Shown here: piece by piece, positions 41,610 to 54,240 of the stretch
Numbering within the stretch: the stretch's first letter is position 1
Layout of the letters: each line of letters opens with the position of its first letter
From: the human T2T-CHM13v2.0 reference genome, Homo sapiens
Strand: one strand, 5' to 3'
Assembly: GCF_009914755.1 (NCBI RefSeq)
Contig: NC_060931.1
DNA: 64,000 nucleotides
The notes under the pieces: model-generated
What the model was told of the DNA's origin: nothing
The model's input: the letters and a program-made list of their open reading frames with translations, nothing else
Database searches by the model: none
Position numbers and translations under genes: made by a program

Positions 41610-43599
41610 GATAGATGGTATTTTCTAAGCAACAAATGAGGGTATTTGAGCCGAAAAAAACGTGCCTCTCTTCCAAGAAAGAATGGATAGACAATTTCAA
41701 AAATTAGCCAGTATTGGGAAATCAGCAGAGTAGTTACTGTGCTCCAATCCCACCTCTTTCTGTAAATGACACATGGAGGGTATAACACAAGGATTTAGTC
41801 TGGGGGTGGGGCCAGGCAAGGAAGTCTATACTGCTAGTTGGGAGGAATCTTCACATTGACTAATTCTCCATGGTCACAGAGTTCCTTTCATACCGCTCCC
41901 TCTAATTTCCATTATCAGAGTCTTTAAACCTATGTCAATGTATTTCTTTTAAAATGTGATCCAAGAAAGGGCCACTTTAGAAGAATGAGCTCAAAGACTG
42001 TGCTTTCCCTGCTCCTCTGACCCCACCAGGTTTCCAGCACTTCATCTCCAGTATCTTCAGTCTCTCCACTGTTTCTTCCAGGCCAGTTTCCAGTGGAAAG
42101 ACTGCATCTAATGTCCTTGAGTTCTTCTTCTGTTGCTGGTTGAGATATGCCATTGCCCCAGGCAGCAATGGCAGCAGTTCAGGATTCCCAACCTCTTTCA
42201 AAACAGGAAGCCCCACCCCTTAAGCAACCACCTTCTAGTGTAGTACATGCTAGACCGTGCTACCTGGGAGGAGTGGAAATAGCATCCTCTACAGCGGCCT
42301 TTGCTCTCAGAGCACATCAGGGCTTTGGCTCTGTGTTTCTATTCTGTCTTTGGTCCACGGAAATGTTTATACTGTTTTCGAACCCTAGAATATATTTTGG
42401 GCATTTTCTTTTTATGTTATTTAATACTGCTGGATGTTTACAGTGGAAACCTACTATGCAATTCTGACTGGAAATTCTGTGCATATTTAAACATTGCTCA
42501 GAATTCACCTCTTCCATCAAATATCTAAACTTATTACAACCCTGCACTTACGCACTCCCTTTCCACCCCAAAATACTCTGTGAGCCCTTACTCATTCTAC
42601 TTGCACTTGTATTTGTTGGACTGTAATAAACACTTGAGTTAGTCTTTCCCCTACTGGACCTTGAGGACAAGGAGGATGTTTAATTTATTTATATATCTCT
42701 TGTACTTGGCACAGTGACTTGTTTATAGTAGGCATGAAAAATACTAATTCATTTCCTTCAAAATTCCTAACACAAGTTCTTGAACATTAGGAGGAATTCA
42801 ATGAATAATTGGTTACTTATTGATTTGCTAGTTGAGACCAGAACCTGTACACTTCTGAAGACTTTACTTATTCTTCTTCTTTATCCTTTTTTTTTCTCCT
42901 TTTTCTCCCATTTTTAGAGAGGGCAGAGATGCAGCAAAGCATAAGGAAACAGATGAGTTTAGGAGAAGAGAATATGCTATAGTTACCTTTTTTCAGAAGA
43001 AAAGAAATGAAAGCATTTTCCATAATATTTTGTTAGAGGTTGGTCTATTCTTGTTTTACTGAATATAGCTGGGTTTGGAGCTGAGAACACAGGTCCTTTC
43101 CTGCTGTGCATAAAAACAATTATCTACAGAAGGGAAACTCTAGCAATATATCAATGCCAGGCCTTTATACACTTGTTGGTATTCTGATGGTGAAGACATG
43201 TATGTCATTTGGCACTGCAGTTCCTTCTTTGTTTCGGCTGTGATAGTGATCCAGGATCCTAGCAATCTAAACATCATCTTACTTCGAATTACCAAGCTTT
43301 GAAGCCTTTGCCATTACTCACTTTATAAGTCGTAACTTAGTAAAGAGAACATCATATGAGAGTGATTTTTCTTCCCTATCTGATTTTTACATCTTCTGGT
43401 TGCAAACAGCAATTTACCTATTCCTCTTATCTGATACCTCACAGAGTGACAACATCAGAAACTAGTTAGGACACTCACCTGGCAGAGACTGGAATTTAGT
43501 GGTTGGTACTGACTGATGATATAAACAATTAATTATTTACTCTCTTCATTCCTTATTTCAAAAGTTACTAATAAATGAAGCCAGTCAAGCTATTTCTTA

Positions 43600-43720
43600 C
43601 ATTTTATTATTTTTAAATTTTATATTTTTATTTTAATTTTAAATTTTATATTTTTAAATTTTATTATAAAAATAAATTTTATTAAATTTATTTTATAAGG
43701 ATTTTATTTTATAAGGATTC
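43600..43720. repeat. AT-only low-complexity tract with short tandem duplications
   Basis: TTTTAAATTTTAT units; TTTATTTTATAAGGATT twice. Confidence 0.85.
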
Positions 43721-44629
43721 TGTGAGTACTTAAATGAGAAACATAAAGAACTTTGTCTCACTCATGCTGGAATCATAGCTCTTTAGGAAAAAAGTAGCAT
43801 CTCTCTAGACATAAAATAACAACTATAAGTTGCTATAGAAACAACAGCTCTCAAAGCCAGTAGAGAACATTTTTAAAAAGGGTGCCCCTTAGAATCTCAG
43901 GTAGCCTCCAAAATGCTTACACCCAAAGAAAAAGTATTTTACATAGACGGGCTTAGTTTAGAGGTTTAAGATGATTTCATCTTTAAATAGATAGCCTTTA
44001 CTCTCCGTTGTGATTTTTATACTGTTTTAGATTTCTTAAAAAGTTTTCCCCTCTCTATTTTTCAGACCCATTAGGCTTCATGTCATCTCAGCTGACTAGC
44101 ATCTGTGGCCTGGCACTTGTTTTGACTAAGTAATCATATGCCTTTCTCTACCTAGTGCAGCCCCTGGAACCTTATCTGCTAGGACCAGCCTTTCACTGCC
44201 CTAGGAAGGCCTCCCAGTTGCGTGTTACATCTGTTTTTCTCTGGAAGAAAACAAGAGAAAACAATTAAGAAGGTTGATTTTACCCTATACATAAGAAACT
44301 TCAATTCTCATTCTGTGCTTTAACTGCTTTTGTATTTAAGCAATTCTTTCGTCTACTTTGAGCCTCTATTTTCTCAACTATAAAATAAGGGAGTTGAGCT
44401 ACATGATTTCTGTTTCTTTCAGAGCTAACATTTTCAGTCCACACATAAAATTTAACATTATTCTTATAAGTTTATATATATCACATTTTATTGTAAACTC
44501 CTAGGGTCTAAAGGCATAAATGTTTTTAAAAAGACATGTACTTATTTATTTGTGTGAATCTATACACAAAAAGTACTATTTAGCAAAAAAAAAAAAAAGA
44601 CAGGAAATTTAATCTATTTCTTTTTTGAT

Positions 44630-45300
44630 GCATTCATTTATTAACATATATTAATTGAGCACCTAATGCCAGACATTGTGGACAAGTGGTAAACCAAAGC
44701 AACAGGGCCCATATGTTTAGGGAGCTTGAAGACCAATGGAGAGACAGATCATATACAGTGTAAGTAGATTTGTGTAAAGTTCTATAAAGAAGAAGTGCAC
44801 GGTGCCTAGGAGATATAAGCCAGGTAGGATCAAGTTTTTCCAGGAGGATGACCACTCAATAAATATCAAAGTTGAATAGGAATCATTAGACTAAGGGGCA
44901 GGGAGTGGGGAAGGGAGGAAGAAGAGAAGGAGGGGAAGGATGTAGCATTCTAGGTAGGGAATACACATGTGTGAAGGCCAAATGATCATAGGGAGAAGGA
45001 AGGGTCACTATAAGGAGCAATGGGAAGCCACTGTTCTAAGCTGGGGAGTGGTAGGGGGTGACTTGTGACACAATCACTAAGGTATTCTACCATATCACCC
45101 ACCCCTGGCTGCCTAGAAGAGAGTAAAAGTGGATTCAGAAAGACTTGTTAGGAGGCTACTGAGAAAATGCCGGCAAGAGGTGATGGTAGCTTGGGCTAAG
45201 GTGTTGGTAGTGTGTTAGGGGTGTGGTGTGTCTGTGAATAGGATGAGGAGGATGGAAAAAAATATTTGAAACATATACCTTGATTGATACTGATTTGGAT
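44630..45300 (-). mobile_element. L2 3' region
   Basis: CATTCATTTATTAACATATATTAATTGAGCACCTAATGCCAG...GTTAGGAGGCTACTG. Confidence 0.8.
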
Positions 45301-45874
45301 TAGATTGTATAAAGAGGCTTTAATGAGACATTCTAGAAATTACACTTCCACGTAAGTGTCACTGCCTTCTAAGTGTTATATTATGAGGTTACACACCCAT
45401 TTCAAAGATGCTTCATGGGTGTCAACAATTCTGAGAAGCTTCTTTCAGAATTTACGTCAGAACCAGTGTATAAACCATAGCAGAAAAATAGGCTTATTGC
45501 TATATAGAAAATATTTCATAAATCCCCAAAGCTAAGGAAACAAATATGTGTGTAATGTTCTTAAGTTGATGCAGGGTTCATAAAGACTTCCTTTTATGAG
45601 TTTTACCTTCCAACTTGTAGAGTGAGGTCACTTCTTTAAGAAAATATGCATGTATGTAGGAGAAAAGTTATGTTATCTGAGTCTTCATCAAAGAATGAGG
45701 ATATGTTCTTTTATCCAAGAGCTAGCTGACTGGGGAAGCCCATAGGCAGAAGAAAATCCTGGTCAGGAGGGGTTTTTAAATTTTATTTTTAGGGAGCAGA
45801 TAAATACATCTTAGATGACTGACAACAAATTTTCCAAAGAAAAGAAGAATGAAGTTATATCAATAAGTTTTTAG

Positions 45875-46030
45875 GAGCAGTGCATGGTGGGAAGAGCTTA
45901 GAACAAAGGCTAAGAGTCAGACTCTGGTTTTGTAACTAGCTGTGCAGTCTTAGAAAAATTATCTCTCCCAGTTTTACCTTCCTCATCTGTAAATGGGGAC
46001 ACATATGCCAGGAGTTTTGTGAGGATTTAC
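45875..46030 (+). mobile_element. MIR
   Basis: ACTAGCTGTGCAGTCTT...TTCCTCATCTGTAAATGGGG. Confidence 0.75.
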
Positions 46031-46041
46031 TGATGGAGCCC

Positions 46042-46413
46042 TGATAGTTTGGCTGTGCCCCCACCCAAATCTCATCTTGAATTGTATCCCCCATAATTCC
46101 CACTGTTGTAGGAGGGACCTGGTGGGAGATAATTGAATTATGGCAGCGGTTTTCCCCATACTGTTCTCATGATAGTGAATAAGTCTCACGAGATCTAATG
46201 GTTTTATAAGGAGAAACCTCTTTCGTTTGGTTCTCATTCTCTCTTTGCCTGCCGCCATCCATGTAAGACATGACTTGCTCCTCCTTGCCTTCCATCATGT
46301 TTGTGAGGCTTCCCCAGCCACATAGAACTGAAAACTCAATTAAACCTCTTTCTTTTGTAAATTGCCCAGTCTTGGGTATGTCTTTATCAGCAGTGTGAAA
46401 ATGGACTAATACA
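46042..46413 (+). mobile_element. THE1 solo LTR
   Basis: TGATAGTTTGGCTGTGCCCCCACCCAAATCTC...GAAAATGGACTAATACA. Confidence 0.93.
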
Positions 46414-46719
46414 AACTCTGATTTCCATCCACCATCCCCTCCATATCACCTCCCCACCCTGGCTCCTCAGCTAAACACCTTTTCTTCAGGTTAAAGAATA
46501 GAAAACTCTGTGGAGACAGAGGGTAAGCAGAAATCCTTCAGTAGGTATCAGGCTACTATCTTCACCTTTCTTAGCTCTGTAATATCAGAACATAGAGAAA
46601 AAAATTCCTGGCCACTTTATCAGTCTCCATGAAGAAAGGGTGGAGCCAGTAGGCATTGCCATTGGTTCAGTAGACATTCCCGGAGCACCGTCATTTAGAG
46701 AAAGCAGCAGCCCATTTAA

Positions 46720-47080
46720 ATCAATGAATCTTTTTAGGAAACTGAAACAAGTTCAATGCCCAAGAGTAGAGAATTGGTTGGACAGTTCTCTACTCTTGTA
46801 CATACCACCTGGATGCACATTCACGTAATGGAATTATACACGGAAGAAAAATATTAAATGACATTGGGACATGTTAATAACAAATTAAGTAGAAAAGATT
46901 GCCACAAAACAGTATATATACTAAGAGTCCAGGTTTTTTTTTTAAGTAATTGATTTATGGGAAAAATAGGATATACAAAATGTTAAAAATAAATTCTGGA
47001 GGGTGGGATTATAGGTATTTTAAGTTTTTTCTTTTCTAAACCTTATACAATAAACATTTTAAAACATAAATTTATAATTA
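46720..47080 (+). mobile_element. L1ME 3' fragment
   Basis: AACTGAAACAAGTTCAATGCCCAAGAGTAGAGAATTGGTT...ATGGAATTATAC. Confidence 0.55.
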
Positions 47081-47624
47081 ATAAATATAAGCTTTAAAAA
47101 AAACTCCATAGGGCAGAGTTTGTGTTTACCAGCATATAAACAAGAAGCATTTAAAGAAACATGGGTTTTTCCTTAGTGGAGTAGAGAATTTGTAAAAGAG
47201 GAAAGCACCTCTCTTGATTCCTCATGTTTCTACCTTTTTCCCCTATCCTTGTCCCAGATCTGAAAGTAGTGGGGAAAAAAAATCAACCTGGCTCTTTTCC
47301 TATGCCAAGGTGCTTAGTCAATGTTTAGTTTTACTGTAGGGGAATTTCACATAGATCAGGCTTCCCAATACCAGAGGTTCCTGGCTCTGCCACTGGGTCT
47401 GTACCCTCTTTGGCATTCACTTCCTGCCCATTACCTCCCTGGGTAGCTGCAAGATAGCTGGGGAAATCCCAGTCTCATGCCCTCTGCAAGAGTCCAGGTC
47501 TCCACTTGAGTGGAGAGCAGGAAAAAGAGGCAAGCGCAATGCCAAGACTTTACTGAGTAATTTGAATAAGAATACTTGTAAATAGGTAAAATGCTTTACA
47601 TTTATCATTACCATAATTGTTAAG

Positions 47625-47920
47625 AATAACAACTACCATTTATGAGATGCTTTCCATGTGGCAGGCACACATCACATTATCCCACTTAATTTTCACATTA
47701 GCAATTTGGGTATTATCTCTGTTTAACAGATAAAGACACTGAGGCTGAGGTCAAGCAATTTGCCTAGGCTATTCTGCATTTTGCTAGCCTAGCAAAACCA
47801 TTGGCTCCTTCCTTCCAGCAAACTCTAGAGTTAGCTATGATTGTGAGGCTTCCCCAGCCACGTGGAACTGTAAGTCCAATTAAGCCCCTGAGTTCCCAGT
47901 GCTGGAAAGTGACAGACACA
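47625..47920 (-). mobile_element. MIR interrupted by a ~127-bp composite insertion
   Basis: AACAACTACCATTTATGAGATGC...ACAGATAAAGACACTGAGGC..AATTTGCCT | GAGTTCCCAGTGCTGGAAAGTGACAGA. Confidence 0.75.
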
Positions 47921-50559
47921 AGGTGCTTCAAAGATTGCAAAGCTATTCCAAAACTGCCTCCATGATTCTTCACCCTACTCTGTGAGGAAGATGAGGATTC
48001 TAAGTTTTAACTTCTGAAAGAAAGGGACAGACTTTAAGGTCCCTTCTAAGAGGTCTGGATGGCTGACCCATAACAGCATTTCCAGTTTTTAGTTTCAGAA
48101 AAGGGAGTCTTGTACTTAGGAGGTCAATGATGGGGGCCACGCATAGGTCTATTATACTAGGTTACGAGTGGTAAATTTTAATCTGACCCTGAAGTAAGTA
48201 GGGTACAGTTGGAGACTAAACACTGGCAGCAAATAACCAACTCATGGTGTGTCCTGATACTGTGAAGAAAAGGAGACACTCCTGTACATGGGATATAGAA
48301 CTAGCTAACTCTGGAGTTTGCTGGAAGGAGGGAGCCAATGGTTCTGCTAGGCTAGCAAAAGGGAGAATAGCCTAGGTCCGTGGATGATGTTTTGATGCAC
48401 GGTGGACCAATTCAGCCATACGTGGAAAAGGCTAGAGGCTCTGTGCACATAACTGTGAAATTATTTTGACCAGGTATGTATGCTATCAATAAAATAGTGG
48501 TTTATTCAGGTCACAAGGAAGACAATTTTCAACTAAAACTCAAAGTATCACATGGGTTAATACTGACTTTTTGATATACACCTGTAACAGAAAGGAAGAC
48601 AAAGAGACAACATAGCTATAATAATTTATTGCTTTTCATTTCTTGTTTGGATAAAAGTGAGACTACATCAAAAGCTGTTTGATGACACTGAATTATTTTC
48701 ATAGTATCTATATCACTTGCTGTATCAGAACTGAAGTCCTCATGACTGGTCTTCAATGGAAGTGAATCCTAAAATTAATCTTAATTAAAAAAATACATTG
48801 CTTTTGGGGTGAGGAGGAGAAGGCAGCAGGAAGAGGAAGCATCTTCCCAGAATTATATGAATTAGCAACCTTGGGTCCTAGCCCAGGATTTGTCCCCAAC
48901 CAAGTAATTCTGAGCACATCACTTAAGCTTCAGTTTCTTTATCTGTACAACAAGGAGCTAGAGTTTAATTTCCAAAGCCCTGTCAAGTACTAAGTTTGTA
49001 CAAGTCTAATATTCTTTGGAGTTCATCTTTGCCTTAAATGGATTTATGATCATCTTTGTGAACCACGACCTCGTTATTTAAAAATTCATAAGAGAGACAG
49101 CTCATCGAATAGACCAGGACACAGGGTTCAGGATATGATACTGTAACATAATTAAGTATGGAGAACAATCTTGCCATAGGGCAAAAGTAACTCCTGAAAT
49201 TCTGTTAGCCTCTGTGCACATTTGTCTTACAAACATGCTTGCTCCTGATGAAAATCTGCTTTTTAATTCCTTCTAGACAGAATCACTGATATAAGCTTCC
49301 ATCTTATATCAAAATGACTCATTCATAAGCCACATACTCTTGCGAATGATTCTAAAAGGCAAGTGATGTTTGATATTAAGGTTTTATGTGACAAGCTAGC
49401 ATTCCATGGGTGTCCATAACAACAGTAAACTTAAATCCAATGAGTAGGCGCCCTTAAGTCCAGACTAAGTAGCCCTAAATGCCAAATGCCACAAGACTGC
49501 CACTTGGTAATGACTGTCATTAGCCTCCGGAGTATGGATGGTGGGCACTCTGAATAGGAGCTTTATTACACTGTAGAAGAAAAGCTTTCTCCTTACTTTG
49601 TCCTCAACTGATATTGAGAAAAAAGCAAGAGGGCAAATGTATAAGATTTGGAAGCTGCCCCTTCCAGCTGTTCTGGCCTGAACTCTAGTTAATCTTGTGC
49701 AAGTTAAATTCTAACTATCACTAGGTGAGACCTATCACCTGCTGGGACCTGTCAAGCCTCGGATTAGTGCCGTCCCGGAAGTAAAGTTCTGTTGATATCC
49801 CAGGAGGAACTGTCATGCTCTAACATGGATAAATGAGATACAGAACTGGCTACGATTAGGTCTTAATGAGTTCAATAAAGAGTGTGTCACAGAATTTCAA
49901 ATGTGGAAAGATTATCTTTTCAACTGTATGTATAATTTATTCTGAGGACTTGCTTGCGTGTCACAAACCTAATGCATTTGTTAGGAGGATGAAACAGGAA
50001 AAACTCACAGGAGGACACGAAACACTACTTAGGATAGCTTCTAAGAAGGGAATCTCCCATAACATTCCTTATCTTTCCCGCCCACCCAAGATTTCTGACA
50101 CATATGCTTCAAAACCTCGTGTGGTAGTTCAAGCCTGCTTAGAAGCTTTTAAGGCCTCGTGCCAGGTTTCCGGTGTTTTCATAGATTTCTCTTGTTCAGT
50201 TATTGTCGCCTCCAAATTTGTCATTCTCTCATTCCACTCTAGCCTCCCTTCCTCTGTGCAATAAGCTTTTAGGGCATTCCATTAATCACTTTTCTTCCCC
50301 ACCTAAAATACTGTCAGCAAACTGCCTAGGGGAATCCCTATAAAAGCGGTAAGAGAAAGTAAGGTTGCGTTACTGCCTATAAATTGGGCACTTTAAAGGC
50401 ATTTGTTTTAATCACGACTTAAGACTTTCAACCACGAGTAATTTGTGCGAAAGGAGCTTCTTCTGGGAGGATACCTCGGCTTCGTCTTCAGGTTTCAATC
50501 CCTAAATTTCCCATAAGTAAAAGAAACATCACCTCCTCTCTTCCAAGAGTCCGCTGACA

Positions 50560-50935
50560 CCTGTCTTCACCCGCAGGTGTTTCTTTTAAGACGTTAAACG
50601 CTTTCTAGAACCTCAAACAGCTAAGATGCTCCCCGCACCCGAGGTTTTGCACCAGCGACGCTCTAGGGTGTGTTTTTCTACTTCCCTAGGCCCAAGCCTG
50701 CCCGCTGGCGTCGAAGCCAACTCCTTACTGGTTCAGGTATGTGCTCGTCTCTAGAGTGAACCAATCAGAGCCCCACTTCTTACTCCTGGGATTTGGTAAA
50801 CGGAAGAGACCTCTCCTGTTCCGGGAGTAGGCCGGGACCGTGGATGAGTGACAGTTCGACTTTCCAATAGGCAGAGCCCTAGGACCTGCCCACGTCTGGT
50901 TCAGGGGCTAGAAAAGAGCGTCGATGCCGGCGGCA
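50560..50935 (+). promoter_or_regulatory. BPGM: CpG-rich TATA-less promoter of BPGM
   Basis: CpG density rises sharply; CCAAT boxes at 50761 (AACCAATCAG) and 50864; ETS cores CGGAAG 50801 and TTCCGG 50819; CACCC-like AGGGTGTGT 50665; directly upstream of a consensus donor. Confidence 0.8.
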
Positions 50936-51022
50936 GTGATGAGTCCTAGGAGGCGCTGGCTCTTTGGCGGCTCGGAGGAGCGGCTGCTGCTGCTGCTGCT
51001 GCTGCTGGTGGCCCCTTTGCAG
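50900..51022 (+). other. BPGM: BPGM exon 1 (5'UTR; start approximate)
   Basis: GGAGGAGCGG(CTG)8GTGGCCCCTTTGCAG recognised from memory as the BPGM mRNA 5' end; donor CAG|GTGAGT at 51022/51023. Confidence 0.82.
50984..51007 (+). repeat. (CTG)8 trinucleotide repeat in 5'UTR
   Basis: Counted directly. Confidence 0.97.
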
Positions 51023-51876
51023 GTGAGTGGCTTTGTTTTAGAAAATGTTGCGAACGTTTACATTTTTTAGTGATGTGATGTTTTATTTTTGGGTGCGGGG
51101 AAGGCCAGTTTCTTTACTTCCCCCGGTTTAGTCGTTGGTGGGAGTCTGGTGCCCACTCCAGCCCTCAAGCTGGGACCCTCACTTATCGCCCCGGTCCCTT
51201 TCCCTTGTCCCTATCTCAGAATGAGCCTCGCAGGCAGTCACCGTTCTGTCAACTGAGAGGAGGAGCCCGCTTTGGTAGTGCTGTCCTTATGGCAAGAATA
51301 TATAGAAGTTGGAGGGAAGATAAACTCTCTTCTGGATGTCTGAGGTACTGTGTAGCAGAGCCCTTCCAATAGTAAGATCCCCTGGAAGGAAGCAGGGCGA
51401 TGCCGCTGTATTTAGGGTTCTGGCAGACCTGGCCCTATCTATCATTTTGTGTAGTAGACAGAAAAACTCGAATGCGGTGAAAAGAGAAGGAGGTGAATAT
51501 ATGCAGTATTTTCATGTAGGAATCTGGAGCCAAATCACAAGTTCTTAGAACCACTAGAAATAAAAACGTAAGTGTATTTTCCTCTTTTCTAAGGGACGAG
51601 CTGGTATTACACTAGAGAAGGTCAATGAAATGCATAATTGCAGTTAAGTTCACAGTTAAGCTTTAAAGAATAGTTGGTTGTTAGCTAACTTATAACTCTC
51701 ATCCCCCTACTGCCTCCCTTGCAAATTACGGAAGATCTTTAGCTTGTGAGTGGTACTAGAATGTTAGCTGACTAAATGCAGACTCTTTCCAAGAAGGGGA
51801 AAAATCAAAAGCTAAGTTTCACCTGTAGGTACTAAAGGTTTTTTAATAGTGAAAGCAGAACTCATGTCAATTTGTC

Positions 51877-52547
<671 letters not shown>

Positions 52548-52776
52548 TGAGTCCAGGGAATAGCTCTTTCTTAGCCATCTTTGTATTCCAGTAGCACCTC
52601 ATACACCGCAGATGCTCCCCAGTTGGTGGTGGACTTCAGAGAAGCATAATTCAAACAGTGTCATAGTGGAAGGAGCTCTGAGTTAGAAATCAAGAACATT
52701 GGCTTTAGTCCTGAAACTGTTACTATTTGTGTGATCTTAAACAAATCATTTCAACTGTGACTCTTAATTTTTGCAT

Positions 52777-52892
52777 TTTTTTTTTTGAGACAGGGTCTCG
52801 CTCTGTTGCCCAGGCTGGAGGGCAGTGGCGCAATCTCTGCTCACTGCAACCTCCACCTCTGCCTCCTGGGCTCAAGCGATCCTACCATCTCG
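52777..52892 (-). mobile_element. 5'-truncated AluJ within a MIR (about 52655-52950)
   Basis: Partial right arm; TSD ATTTTTGCAT. Confidence 0.85.
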
Positions 52893-53066
52893 ATTTTTGC
52901 ATCTTTAGAAAGCAGATGTTGCATTAAATTATATCTGAGATATAAACTCTGTATTTAAAGTCTGTTTTAAAGTAAAAATTATTAGTATACAAGCAGAATC
53001 TCATTGCAGTAAATTCTGTACCATCTATTAGCAAGTAAAAGTTCCCAGCTTCAAGGATATATTCTT

Positions 53067-53341
53067 GTTTTTTAATTTTTAATTTTTGTGGGTACCTAGT
53101 AGGTGTATATATTTATGGGTTACATGAGATATTTTGACATAGGCATGCAATGCATAATCACATCAGAGTACATAGGGTAGCTGTCACCAAAAGCATTTAT
53201 CCTTTATGTTTCAAACAATCCAGTTATACTCTTTTAGTTATTTGAAAATTTACAATTAAATTTTTTTTTTTTTTACTATAGTCACCCTGTTGTGCTAGCA
53301 AATACTAGGTCTTATTGATCTTCCTATTTTTGTCCCCATTA
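53067..53341 (-). mobile_element. 5'-truncated L1MA
   Basis: GGTACCTAGTAGGTGTATATATTTATGGG...; TSD CAAGGATATA(T/C)TCTT (53052-53066, 53342-53356). Confidence 0.9.
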
Positions 53342-54059
53342 CAAGGATATACTCTTTTGTGTTCCTATTTAAACCAAACCAGATTATTGTAGAAAATTTG
53401 GAGCATACCGAAGTATAATGTGGCAGAAAAATGTCACTTAGAAGCAACTACTGTTAGTGTTTGGGTAGAGCTTTTAATCTTTCTTCCTCTTTTGCCTGCT
53501 GTGGTTGGTTGAGATTAAGAGGCACATTTTAAGTAATGATTGATGCACCTAAATTCACCTGGCCTTCATCTTTGTGTGTCTGGGGCCTGAAGAACAGAGG
53601 TCACAAACGTGTTTGAACCGAATGTTTCTTGAAACATCCTTGGAATGAAATCTGATATGAAAGATGTTTATATGGGTGGCAGGACAAAAAGTATTACTTA
53701 ATAACAAAACCCTTCTGCTGAAACTTGGCCACAAATATGAGGAAAACATACTTTGTAAAATATAAATTAAATGTTAACCACTTCATTAAAGCATTTGGAT
53801 TGCAGAATATTAGTACTTGGTAAGCTTCTGAGACTGTATCTTACCATCACCTTCTTCCATCCCACAATATTTGATTGCATTCCTCCTTCTACCACCTAAT
53901 TTAAGCATTTCTCCTCTAATTCCTCCCTTCATTTTACTTTATTCCCAGCTTTCGCTTCTGCTCATATCATCGGCAAGGTAGGATTGCTTTGATGGGCCTG
54001 AGATCTGTGCCATTATTTATGAGTTAGTCAAAGTCTGCTCCATTCTACCTCTCACTTTT

Positions 54060-54240
54060 TGGTAGAGTGCTTCACCATAATCTCATTTAGTCTTTCTAAT
54101 AGCCCCCTGAGAACAGTAGTTTCATGATCCTCATCTTTATAGATATGGAACCTGAGGTTCAAAGAATTTAAATAAGTTAAGATCACATTGTCAGTCAGTA
54201 GCAGAGCTGGGCTCATATCTAGGTTGTTTTTACTTTAGAC
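54060..54240 (-). mobile_element. MIR
   Basis: TTTATAGATATGGAACCTGAGGTTCAAAGA...AGTAGCAGAGCTGGG. Confidence 0.78.

Noticed and set aside
49866-50264. 132-aa ATG ORF upstream of the promoter
   Set aside because: No recognisable homology or splice context; consistent with a chance ORF.
50337-50395. TATA-like CTATAAAA and CTATAAAT
   Set aside because: About 550 bp upstream of exon 1, too far to serve its TSS, and no evidence of another start.
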